Part shown: positions 1 to 8,569 of the stretch, in pieces | Layout of the letters: each line of letters opens with the position of its first letter | How positions within the stretch are numbered: the first letter of the stretch is position 1 | Origin: an uncultured virus (IMG/VR IMGVR_UViG_2061766007_000307) | Taxonomy: Duplodnaviria; Heunggongvirae; Uroviricota; Caudoviricetes | Direction: 5' to 3' (one strand) | DNA length: 64,000 nt | IMG/VR virus record: IMGVR_UViG_2061766007_000307 | The notes under the pieces: model-generated | Database searches by the model: none | What the model saw: the letters and a program-made list of their open reading frames with translations, nothing else | What the model was told of the DNA's origin: nothing | Made by a program: the position numbers and the translations under genes

Positions 1-48
1 TCGTTCGGCTTATGAGGCTGAGCTGGAACCATCTCCAGTCCGCCCAGC
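1..48 (-). tRNA. tRNA with CAT anticodon (Met/Ile2), 3' end outside the window
   Basis: Minus strand reads GCTGGGCGGACTGGAGATGGTTCCAGCTCAGC-CTCATAA-GCCGA, i.e. acceptor 5' strand, D region and anticodon loop. Confidence 0.75.
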
Positions 49-89
49 TATGTATTTTATTATCAGACTTGTCAAAGATCTAAATCAAG

Positions 90-162
90 AGCCTCTGGCC
101 GGACTTGAACCGACAGCCTATTGATTACAAATCAATCGTTCTACCAATTGAACTACAGAGGC
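90..162 (-). tRNA. tRNA-Thr(TGT)
   Basis: Acceptor GCCTCTG/CAGAGGC, anticodon arm ATTGA-TTTGTAA-TCAAT, T-loop TTCAAGT. Confidence 0.92.
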
Positions 163-180
163 ATTTTGTTTCACATTTAT

Positions 181-281
181 GTGAACTACTCATGAACTAA
201 AGATTCATGAGCTTCGGATTTCAACGGGTTATTTGCGTTGCGTACAGACCAACTTTTCAGTTGGTTTAGACTCCGTCTTAT
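181..281 (-). mobile_element. Family-1 omegaRNA/right-end cassette, truncated by N-gap
   Basis: Near-identical to the copies at 12810 and 38722; ends GAAGCTCATGAATCTTTAGTTCATGAGTAGTTCAC. Confidence 0.85.
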
Positions 282-291
282 NNNNNNNNNN

Positions 292-1044
292 CAGGAATAT
301 GACAATCTCCGTAACACCAAGCGGAAAATACTATGTATCAATATTATCCGAAGTTGAACATAAACCTTCAAGGAAAACCAACAAGAAGGTTGGAATCGAC
401 TTGGGTATCAAGGATTTCATAGTAACTAGCGATGGTGTGAGGTATTCAAGCAACAAGTTCATCAAACGCTACACCAAGAAACTTGCAAAAGTACAAAAGT
501 GCTTATCAAAGAAGCATAATGGCAGTGGAGAATGGCATAAAATGAGACTACGTGTTGCAAGAATACATGAGAAAATACATAACTGCCGCATGGATAAATT
601 ACATAAGATTTCCGCCGATTTGGTAAGGAATTATGATGTGATTTGTTGTGAGGATTTGAATGTGAAAGGAATACAGAGAAATAGACGGCTCGCCCAAAGC
701 ATAGCTGATGCTAGTTGGGGTACATTCTTGAATCTTCTTTCGTATAAATGTGCGAGGGACGACAAACAGATCGTAAAGGTTGGTCGTTTCTACCCGTCAT
801 CCAAGACTTGCCATCACTGTGGCTATGTTAAGAAAGATTTGTCTCTAAAAGACAGAAATTGGAAATGCCCTCATTGCGGACGTATGATTGATCGCGATTT
901 GAACGCGTCAATCAACATCCTTAATGAAGGTATTAAAAGCATATCGACTGGAACGGTCGATTATACGGAGGGAGCAGACGTAAGACCTACCCGTAGGCAG
1001 TCAGCGTTGAAATCCGAAGCCCACGAATCTTTAGTTCGTGGGTA
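292..1044 (+). CDS. tnpB: IS200/IS605-family TnpB (family 1), 5' part lost in gap
   Basis: GIDLG, CCEDL, CxxC...CPxC zinc finger and DRDLNA; highly similar to 27234 and 51080 copies; listed start 233 crosses the N-gap. Confidence 0.92.
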
Positions 1045-1126
1045 NNNNNNNNNNNNNNNNNNNNNNNNNNNNNNNNNNNNNNNNNNNNNNNNNNNNNNNN
1101 NNNNNNNNNNNNNNNNNNNNNNNNNN

Positions 1127-1652
1127 CAATAGTGTTGACATCACCTGTTACAGCGTTCACACTGACAAAACCAGTACCCATAGAACCGAAGATATACTCT
1201 GGATCTGTTGGCTTTGGACCAAGGATACGTCTCAAGACACACAATCTAGACTGAGGCTTGATGATATCTGCCATCTGCAATCTCTTTATAGCACTGTCTA
1301 ATGAAATAATGTGATCAAGATCCACTGGCATATCTTCTAGCCACCATGTCTGTGTTCTTGTTACAAAAGTGCTGTTTTTCTGATGGTAGAACTGGATGCA
1401 CATTGATGTGTCCTGTACAACATTCATCACTCTTTCGATGCGTACAGTACCTTCTGCTGTGATGTTGTCTGTGAACGTTATCTGGCTTTCATAGAATACA
1501 GCAGCATCGGACTTCTGAGATTCAGTAGCAAAATCTTCTTTAGCCACTTCCAAAAAGTTGTCAACAGTAACTGTGACAGAACGTTTCTTGGTACATGAGC
1601 TGAACGCTAATACGGCGATCAAGCTTGCGAATAAAAAAATAATTTTTTTCAT
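1127..1652 (-). CDS. Putative lipoprotein, 3' end in gap
   Basis: MKK, hydrophobic stretch and LAFSSC lipobox-like motif. Confidence 0.7.
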
Positions 1653-1837
1653 AAAAAGTATATAAATTGTTTATAGTGTACGTCTTATATGCACATTATA
1701 TCTGACCGCATAGTTTCTCTCATACAGAAACTAATTCAGTATACGCGCAAAAGTCCTAATTGGACCTCCAGACTAGAGGGCACGCCTCACAACCATTGCA
1801 GTGTAATCCTCATCAAACACTATACGGAACACTTTCT

Positions 1838-2005
1838 GTGAACTGCCCACGAACCAAAGATTCAAGGGCTTCGGATTTCAACGCTGACGGCCTACGAATA
1901 GGTCTTACGTCTGCTCCCTCCGTATAATCGACCGTTCCAGCCGATATTATATCACAAGCCAAGATTAGTGCAATTCATCCCAAAACTGACGATTTTTGGG
2001 TTCCA
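1838..2005 (-). mobile_element. IS605-type MITE: left-end hairpin plus family-1 omegaRNA/right end
   Basis: 1838-1946 matches the tnpB 3' ends; 1960-2002 matches the left-end hairpin at 50918-50965 (GGATGAATTGCACTAA). Confidence 0.8.
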
Positions 2006-2179
2006 GCACTTTCTATAAAAAAAGATTTCCTACTACCTGCTATACCTGCGTCGCCACCAGCACAAGTGCTTATTCCCCTATTGGTGCAGCCACCCTCAGC
2101 AGATAAAGCTGAAACAGACACCTCTGTATCTATTCGCTTTATCGGGTATGGTTCTCTCCATGTTTTAGGAGAGCAATTG

Positions 2180-2250
2180 CACAGCTTTAAGGATTCGAAC
2201 CTCAATCAACGGTTTTGGAGACCGCTATCCTACCATTAGACTAAAGCTGT
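2180..2250 (-). tRNA. tRNA-Trp(CCA)
   Basis: Acceptor ACAGCTT/AAGCTGT, anticodon arm GCGGT-CTCCAAA-ACCGT, T-loop TTCGAAT. Confidence 0.92.
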
Positions 2251-2278
2251 TTAATTATATAATCACAGAAAAATCTGC

Positions 2279-2674
2279 TTATTCGTAAAGTACAATTGTT
2301 GTTTTACGTACTTTATCATAACATGAGATCTTGACAGGCTCACGATTTTCGATATCTTCAAGAATGTATACATATCTTGCGTCTAAATCTACAGGATTGT
2401 CTGTAGGTTTAGGAGGACATTTCTCGCCGCGCCATCCCCAATATGACCTCGAAACACTAGATCTGTCACCATCAAGAATGAAATCTAATGCATCATCATA
2501 TGTCATTTTAAGATCTACAAGATCTGCACCTACACCTTCAGGATATCCATCAAAATGACAGTATACATATAGATAATCATATGGAGTGCTGATAACTTTA
2601 CCACATGAAGATTTAAGTACTCTGTGTTTATCTTCTTCTCTTAATTTCAATGCAATAAATGATCTAGTAGACAT
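2279..2674 (-). CDS. Conserved phage hypothetical protein
   Basis: MSTRS...YVYCHFDGYPEGVG motif, common in phage hypotheticals. Confidence 0.75.
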   Translation of the reverse strand: MSTRSFIALKLREEDKHRVLKSSCGKVISTPYDYLYVYCHFDGYPEGVGADLVDLKMTYDDALDFILDGDRSSVSRSYWGWRGEKCPPKPTDNPVDLDARYVYILEDIENREPVKISCYDKVRKTTIVLYE

Positions 2675-2759
2675 CTTCGATTATGTATTAGGATATATTG
2701 TATTTACAATCACCAGGCAAATAAAACATGAGGAACTTGATGAAAGTTCCTCATTTTTG

Positions 2760-2838
2760 TGTCAGGAGATGGATTCGAACCACCAGGACACTTCTAACCT
2801 AGAATTCAAAGCTGCTTTACCCGTTTGCATATCCCGAC
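2760..2838 (-). tRNA. Atypical tRNA, possible CTA (amber) anticodon on an extended anticodon stem
   Basis: Acceptor GTCGGGA/TCCTGAC-A, D-arm TGC/GCA, T-arm GGTGG-TTCGAAT-CCATC; anticodon arm best folds as CTTTGAA-TTCTAGG-TTAGAAG. Confidence 0.6.
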
Positions 2839-2843
2839 AAATG

Positions 2844-2916
2844 CAGCGGAGACCGGACTCGAACCGGCGACACCATGATTAAGAATCGTGTACTCTACCA
2901 ACTGAGCTACTCCGCT
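2844..2916 (-). tRNA. tRNA-Lys(CTT)
   Basis: Acceptor AGCGGAG/CTCCGCT, anticodon loop TTCTTAA, T-loop TTCGAGT. Confidence 0.9.
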
Positions 2917-2939
2917 AAGGATGTAAACTATGCACTTAT

Positions 2940-3230
2940 TTACACCCCAAGATTGGTTGTTTTGCAAATACCGTTATAGTGCTTAAAGCTAAGGCTGTAA
3001 TCCATATGCATTAAACCACTCTGCCACTCCGGCATGATAATAGAAAGTGTGAACTTTGCGCCGGAGACGAGATTCGAACTCGCGATATATGAACGAAATC
3101 ATGATTATACACGATAGCACTATGGCTTTGCGATAAGGCTCTACAGTAATGCTCTTGACTCGATGCTTAAATCTAGGATGATATAAAGCTTGAATGTAAA
3201 GAGTAAATGTAAAGCTTCAGTCAATTTGTG
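2940..3230 (-). ncRNA. Circularly permuted tRNA-like RNA lacking an anticodon loop
   Basis: The 3' half (3093-3059) precedes the 5' half (3033-3001); perfect 7-bp acceptor stem, T-arm, D-arm and open 6-bp anticodon stem; outer boundaries approximate. Confidence 0.75.
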
Positions 3231-3258
3231 AGATATGGCTAACCCAATAGCCATATCC
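3231..3258. other. Stem-loop between the unknown gene and the permuted RNA
   Basis: GATATGGCTA-ACCCAA-TAGCCATATC inverted repeat. Confidence 0.6.
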
Positions 3259-3278
3259 CTGAAATAGTAATATGTAGT

Positions 3279-4100
3279 TTAGTTCTTCGCTCCGAAGAAT
3301 AGATATGATAGCATCTTGTCTATATCAAGATTAGCTTCTACAGACTCTGTATCGTTAACTTCCTTCAGTGCAGCTATCACAGCATCAAGGATCAACGACT
3401 TGCGTGACAACAAGAATGCTCTCTGAGTCTGTGTCCATTCTCCAGAAAACTCCTGTCTTGTCTGATCGGCCATTTCTACAATCTGCGCTCTCTCAACAAT
3501 AGCTGCACGGTAATTGGCAGGCAAGCACTTAGGATCTATATTAGGATCCTTCAAAATCTCCTGCGTTTTAACTGTTGTACGATCTACAGAGCGTATCACG
3601 TCTGTCTCATAAACCTCGCGGCTAGCATAATCTATAGTCTCAGACTTTGTCCATCTCTTTGAATCAGAGCGTACTGGAATATTCTTGAACATCTCGTCCA
3701 ATGATGCCATTGTAAGAATGTTCTTCAATCTCATCAATTCAACAGCAGTCAAATTTCCAAGCAAAACACCATCAACAACCAAAGGGACTCTTTTAGCGCC
3801 TACAGAATTGGTAGCCTCAATCTGGAACAGCAATTTCAAGTACTTAGGAAGTGCTCCTGTATGGGCGTCCTTGTCATTCAGCATGTAATTGAATTGTTCA
3901 GACACTGTTGTAGCAACTTTCTTGTCTGAGTGTTCTGAAGGCTTGTCTGAGAATCCCTCATGAGGCTCATAAGTTTTCAACTCGCCGATAAACTGTCCTT
4001 GCTTTGATTTGAAAAGAGTAGTGTAATCGCTGATCTCTTTTGCAGCAACGGTCTGAGCGTGATCTACAACACCCAGAAGTGTGTTCATTTTCATTGTCAT
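3279..4100 (-). CDS. Conserved helical protein of unknown function, directly upstream of the permuted RNA
   Basis: Likely start MTMKMNTLL at 4100, GTGATTATA motif at 4155-4163; recalled resemblance to the DUF7873 family is unverified. Confidence 0.8.
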   Translation of the reverse strand: MTMKMNTLLGVVDHAQTVAAKEISDYTTLFKSKQGQFIGELKTYEPHEGFSDKPSEHSDKKVATTVSEQFNYMLNDKDAHTGALPKYLKLLFQIEATNSVGAKRVPLVVDGVLLGNLTAVELMRLKNILTMASLDEMFKNIPVRSDSKRWTKSETIDYASREVYETDVIRSVDRTTVKTQEILKDPNIDPKCLPANYRAAIVERAQIVEMADQTRQEFSGEWTQTQRAFLLSRKSLILDAVIAALKEVNDTESVEANLDIDKMLSYLFFGAKN

Positions 4101-4212
4101 GTCAATAACTAAAATTAAACCTAAGCGGTAATGTTTTACTAATTGTTTCAAATATATAATCACTCATGATCACATGTTTGCACAAATCTTTGTATTTTTT
4201 ACGGTGAAATTG

Positions 4213-4283
4213 TGATCCCAGATAGAATCGAACTATCATCTACAGATTAAAAGCCTGCAGCTCTACCGTTGAGCTATGAGATC
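4213..4283 (-). tRNA. tRNA-Lys(TTT)
   Basis: Acceptor GATCTCA/TGGGATC-A, anticodon loop CTTTTAA, T-loop TTCGATT. Confidence 0.9.
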
Positions 4284-4285
4284 AT

Positions 4286-4560
4286 GATCACCTTTTTCCC
4301 TGGACACATGTCATTTTCCGTGCGACGGAGTGAGGACAAGGTGTAAACCCGGCAAAGTTTGCTTCCGTGTATGGACCAGTTAATACACAAGGAACAGTTT
4401 ACCATCAAACTTCACTGTAGGGTCTGCAGCTCTACAGCTGAAACTCAACTTCATCTTAACGAGCTAGAGAAGTTTTAGAATAAACGGGCTGGTAACCGGA
4501 GCAGCTGTGGGCTGGTAACCGGAGCAGCACGGAGCACATTGTGGAATATGCCTGACCGAC
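4286..4560 (-). ncRNA. Candidate structured ncRNA between tRNA-Ser and tRNA-Lys
   Basis: Nested stems AACTTC/GAAGTT, CTGTAG/CTACAG, GTAAAC/GTTTAC, GTGTAT/ATACAC, CACCTT/AAGGTG, TCCGT/ACGGA; 20-nt direct repeat. Confidence 0.45.
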
Positions 4561-4563
4561 TAG

Positions 4564-4650
4564 CGGTGGCTGCAGGGTTCGAACCTGCGTACCGTATTAA
4601 CGGCCTAACAGTTTAGCAAACTGCCCTCTTAACCACTTGAGTAAACCACC
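4564..4650 (-). tRNA. tRNA-Ser(GCT)
   Basis: Anticodon arm GCAGT-TTGCTAA-ACTGT, long variable arm CCGT/ACGG, G73. Confidence 0.93.
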
Positions 4651-4672
4651 AGAATGTATTTGTACATTATTG

Positions 4673-4745
4673 TACGAGGTACGGGATTCGAACCCGTGAT
4701 CTCCACCGTGAAAGGGTGGCGTCCAAACCACTAGACGGACCCCGC
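4673..4745 (-). tRNA. tRNA-Glu(TTC)
   Basis: Anticodon arm CCACC-CTTTCAC-GGTGG, T-arm ACGGG-TTCGAAT-CCCGT. Confidence 0.92.
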
Positions 4746-4948
4746 AGATATATATGTGGACCCTGCGACCAACAGGTTATTTATTCTTCCAATGAGATTT
4801 AATCCCACCACATCTCCTAGAACAACAAGGATTTGGATGAGAATTTAGATTTGGCTTTTTGAATAAAAATTTACGATTACATACAGGACATTCTAATTCA
4901 ATCATTTCTTTATGAACATGATCTTTTTGTCTATTGTAAGTTCCTGAA

Positions 4949-4996
4949 GTGAACTACTCATGAACTAAAGATTCATGAGCTTCGGATTTCAACGGG
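4949..4996 (-). mobile_element. Family-1 right end/omegaRNA 3' part, truncated by gap
   Basis: Identical to 181-228. Confidence 0.8.
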
Positions 4997-5006
4997 NNNN
5001 NNNNNN

Positions 5007-5221
5007 TAGAAATATCTGATGATGCAGAAACTATGAATTTCATCAAACAAGCAGTACCTGCTATATTCTACCCTCACCCTAAGAAAGAGACACCAGCTGA
5101 GTATAGGCAGCGAAAAGATAGGGAAAAGTCAACCAGGCCAGCTGACAATAGCTCATTCGGTATGTCTGATAAGAATATGTCTACTCTCCAGAAATTAAAA
5201 GAACAGCTTGCATCTGAATAA
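5007..5221 (+). CDS. C-terminal fragment of an unknown protein (open back to the N-gap)
   Basis: Frame open upstream of the listed ATG up to the gap. Confidence 0.55.
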
Positions 5222-5400
5222 CTCAAAATAATCTGTAGCAAAAGATCTTATTCAATACTGGCTATATGAATAGGATAGGCTTATGAAAGCGATGAATTTT
5301 ATTCGGGCTGAAATATCAGCTCGAATTTTTTATGTCCGATAAGAAACTTTGTTTGAGGTTTTTACAGTAAATATAGCATATAAGATATATCTGATGTAAT

Positions 5401-6357
5401 ATGAAGACGTTCAGACAGTTTTTGAATGAAGAAAATTTCAGCCATTTTACGATCGTGGATCGAAATGGCGATGTACATTATACAAACGGTGCAGAAAAAT
5501 TTGAATTAGCGACAATTCTCAGCATGTATGCTGCGAATTGTATCACGAAATTAGCAAATAGATATAACGATAATGTTGTCGGAGACGTAATGTATGAATC
5601 TACTCCGCGCGGCGATGAATATAGTATAAGGAGGGATGCTGACTTTAATCTTGACAATGCAATAGATCAGGCATATTCAGATTTTAATGAAAACAGAAAA
5701 AATATGAAATCACTGGTCAGTGATGAGTATTATGATGAATTATGGAGCTATATAGTACGTATGGAAACCAAAAACACGACTTTAAGAGGAATGTATTGGT
5801 TCTATTATCTTGCTGTATATTGGGCCGAGATAGAGAAATTGGCTGGTGTCAAAGGCCCTGCTAGTGAAATAAATTCAAAACATCACTATATACAAAAATA
5901 CGAATCGTCAAAAGTATATATAAAGAAATTATTCGAAACTATTGCAGACAGAGCATCTCAAGGCAATCCTATACGTATTGCTCTAGACAGACGCAAGCTC
6001 ATAAAAAATACAAAGGTTGCTATATATAAAGTTGATAGAGCAGAAATAGAGAGTGCATCTGATGTCAAATTCAAGAATATACAGTTGTTTGTCACTAAAC
6101 GACATGATTTGTACGACGCTCCTGTATGGGTATCTATTCATAGTACAAATTATGATATTTTTGGAGCAGGAGGCGACAATCCTCTATGGGCAGTCATATT
6201 CAGAGGAAATGATATGGGTGCAGTTGAATCTCTAGAAATAGCTATCCCTGAATATAGATTCGATGATAAGGATATCCCTGAGACATTAGATGATGCTAGC
6301 ATACTGGAAGATATAAATAAAGCTTATACGTATGATTACAATACATATAAGTATTAA
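5401..6357 (+). CDS. Putative capsid-internal protein
   Basis: N-terminus MKTFRQFLNEE resembles the T4 capsid-targeting sequence; GTAAATA at 5367. Confidence 0.65.
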   Translation: MKTFRQFLNEENFSHFTIVDRNGDVHYTNGAEKFELATILSMYAANCITKLANRYNDNVVGDVMYESTPRGDEYSIRRDADFNLDNAIDQAYSDFNENRKNMKSLVSDEYYDELWSYIVRMETKNTTLRGMYWFYYLAVYWAEIEKLAGVKGPASEINSKHHYIQKYESSKVYIKKLFETIADRASQGNPIRIALDRRKLIKNTKVAIYKVDRAEIESASDVKFKNIQLFVTKRHDLYDAPVWVSIHSTNYDIFGAGGDNPLWAVIFRGNDMGAVESLEIAIPEYRFDDKDIPETLDDASILEDINKAYTYDYNTYKY

Positions 6358-6389
6358 TGATATGGCATAAGTAACATTATGCCATATCA
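6358..6389. terminator. Hairpin between convergent genes
   Basis: TGATATGGCATAA-GTAACA-TTATGCCATATCA. Confidence 0.6.
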
Positions 6390-6421
6390 TTATATAGGAG
6401 TCTACTCGAGTTGCTAAAGAT

Positions 6422-8302
6422 TCATTTATACGTGGTCTGAAAGTTTTGATCGTTAGAATAATGCGTCATAGTACACTTGTAAGTTTTCACGAATTTCAAC
6501 TTTCCAGCATCCCATATTTTGTATGCATGCCTAGACCGCATTACATAGTCTTCCGTCAGCGAAGGGTCTTTCCTACATTCTTCAAGCTTGCATTTCATGA
6601 AATTCGACCTATGGTATCTGATGCCATTGATAGCCCATGAATAGCATGGAGCAGATAATCCGCATTCTTCAAACCCGCATACTTTATAGACATTGCCTTT
6701 TGTATAACATAGATCTCCATATGTGATGATTTCACGTGGATGATACATCCTTTCGAAATATTTCAGCATCTTCGAAAAGCCGCCAGACACTTCAGTGTCT
6801 TTGCAAGACACAACTCTATATATCTCATACGATCCTTCTTTTGGCTTCGATCCCATAGAATTGCGCAGCTTGCCGACAAGCATGACTTCAACTAATTCGC
6901 CATCATAGAACAGACCTATCTTATATGTTGAATTTACATATCCTTGTATATGATATGCGTTTACAAAAGGCGCAGCGCTCTTGCTGTCTATCTCTCTGAC
7001 TTCACATTTCCTTGCATGCACTCTCCTGGAGCATAAATGCAGTTTGGACTTGATGTAATCTTTAATGATATCCTGTCTCAAATACCAATCATCTTCCCAT
7101 ATATGTAATAATTGATACCCTAACTCATTGCATTTCAATGACTTATTTTGATGGTATTTCTTGTGCATCCTTGGGTTGAAATCTGAATGCCAGAATATTC
7201 CATTAAACTCTATAGCTATTCTCTTTTCAGGAATCACTATATCTAGCTCTAACGGATATATCAGTTTGCGGTCTCCAGATATAATCTCTCCATTGTAGAT
7301 GCTCTTGATATAATCAAGAAGCCCTGTTTCTGCTATGGATGAGCAGCCTATATATGGTGATTTTATAGGACATATTATGCTTGACTGCGATGATCTGCGT
7401 GTATACAGATTCTTATCTATCTCAAAAGACTTTTCAGTACACATGGAGCATGTAGGGTCGCTGCAAGATACTACATACGTATCTTGAGTCTCTCTTATTA
7501 TGTCTGGATGTCTTTCTAAAAATAACGAATGATTGATATCAATCATGTCTGATGTTTGGGTAAACCACTTTCCATCATATTTCTGAAAATTGGTCTCCAT
7601 TCTCTTTTTTATAACATCAGGGTTGAATGAAGGATTCTCGTAGCCTGTCTTGTTCCTGTATGTTTTCTGTATTTTTGTTTTGACTATATCAGACTGCATA
7701 GCATAGTCTGTACCGTATTTCATACGGCATGTCTTCATGGATTTGTCATGGAAATCTACCATCTCAAAAGGTGTTGCCACACCATATTTCGCCATACATG
7801 TAGCTTTCTGTTTAGCTTGGACATCCTTAGACTGTCCTACCCATTCTACGCCATATCTCTCCTTGAATGTATTGCATATGCGATCTTTCACAACAGATGA
7901 TTTGAATACATTATCTACTCCATATCTGTTGATCACTGTCTGTCTGCATGTTTCTTTCTTATCAGGATCTGCGTTGCAGCATTTAGAGCTGCAGTATATA
8001 GGGTATCCCGATTTGAAGTTCCTGAACTTCGTAGGACGTCCACATACCTTGCACAAGCCAGCTGCATGAGGATTGAAATATATGAATAATCGCTCAGAAA
8101 AGCTCTTATTTGCGCAGATCTCGGCAGACGTGATATCTTTATACAATTCAGGAAAACACTTAGAAAATACATGTTCTTTTTTGAACATGCCATTTGAGGT
8201 CTCTACTTGAAGGAAAGCGTATACATCTTCTTTGTTTGACGGGTTTCCTGAAAAGTGATATCTATCAAAAAGTTCTTTTATGTCTACGGGTCTCTTTGTC
8301 AT
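6422..8302 (-). CDS. Free-standing homing-endonuclease-like protein
   Basis: CxxC and YCSSKC zinc motifs, repeated T(C)xx(K/R)YG units, ELDIVIPEKRIAIEFNGIFWH Vsr/PD-(D/E)XK-like nuclease motif, IWEDDW. Confidence 0.78.
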   Translation of the reverse strand: MTKRPVDIKELFDRYHFSGNPSNKEDVYAFLQVETSNGMFKKEHVFSKCFPELYKDITSAEICANKSFSERLFIYFNPHAAGLCKVCGRPTKFRNFKSGYPIYCSSKCCNADPDKKETCRQTVINRYGVDNVFKSSVVKDRICNTFKERYGVEWVGQSKDVQAKQKATCMAKYGVATPFEMVDFHDKSMKTCRMKYGTDYAMQSDIVKTKIQKTYRNKTGYENPSFNPDVIKKRMETNFQKYDGKWFTQTSDMIDINHSLFLERHPDIIRETQDTYVVSCSDPTCSMCTEKSFEIDKNLYTRRSSQSSIICPIKSPYIGCSSIAETGLLDYIKSIYNGEIISGDRKLIYPLELDIVIPEKRIAIEFNGIFWHSDFNPRMHKKYHQNKSLKCNELGYQLLHIWEDDWYLRQDIIKDYIKSKLHLCSRRVHARKCEVREIDSKSAAPFVNAYHIQGYVNSTYKIGLFYDGELVEVMLVGKLRNSMGSKPKEGSYEIYRVVSCKDTEVSGGFSKMLKYFERMYHPREIITYGDLCYTKGNVYKVCGFEECGLSAPCYSWAINGIRYHRSNFMKCKLEECRKDPSLTEDYVMRSRHAYKIWDAGKLKFVKTYKCTMTHYSNDQNFQTTYK

Positions 8303-8520
8303 GATTGTGTATTTATCTTATTGCCTTTAGGGATGAGCCATGCCATATCATCAAGCCAATTGTTCTTCAGTGCTTTGGTATACGCTCCGTTAGATTTCTT
8401 TGCAAACTCAAGTCTGGAGGCATACTTCTTGGACTCCTTGAAAACTTCGTCTTTTGTCCATATGGTCTTTTCATTGATGAATACTGATGACGTTTTATAA
8501 ATAAAAGATAGACAAGACAC
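8299..8520 (-). CDS. Small protein with one WTKDEV...KNNWLD helical repeat of the type seen in phage endonucleases
   Basis: ATGA overlap with the downstream nuclease gene; start uncertain. Confidence 0.45.
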   Translation of the reverse strand: MSCLSFIYKTSSVFINEKTIWTKDEVFKESKKYASRLEFAKKSNGAYTKALKNNWLDDMAWLIPKGNKINTQS

Positions 8521-8538
8521 TTTAGATCTTGTCTATCT
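8506..8538 (-). terminator. Hairpin downstream of queC
   Basis: AGATAGACAAGA-N9-TCTTGTCTATCT followed by a T-tract on the minus strand. Confidence 0.6.
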
Positions 8539-8569
8539 CTGACGTTAACCAATAAATGAAAAATACAGA

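Noticed and set aside
90..162. Short-arm tRNA-Tyr(GTA)
   Set aside because: Correct stem register ATTGA/TCAAT centres TGT, so it is Thr
233..291. Listed N-terminus of the first TnpB ORF
   Set aside because: It crosses an N-gap and is antisense omegaRNA sequence; adjacency across all four gaps is uncertain
3001..3093. Canonical two-piece tmRNA
   Set aside because: No G3.U70 pair or Ala acceptor, has a paired D-stem, and no typical Ala-ending tag; kept as a distinct permuted RNA
4500..4563. Theta/HDV-like ribozyme 3' of tRNA-Ser
   Set aside because: Could not assemble the P1-P2-P3 nested pseudoknot
5007..5221. Ribosomal protein S1-like C-terminus
   Set aside because: Only the LQKLKEQL tail is suggestive and the rest is lost in a gap
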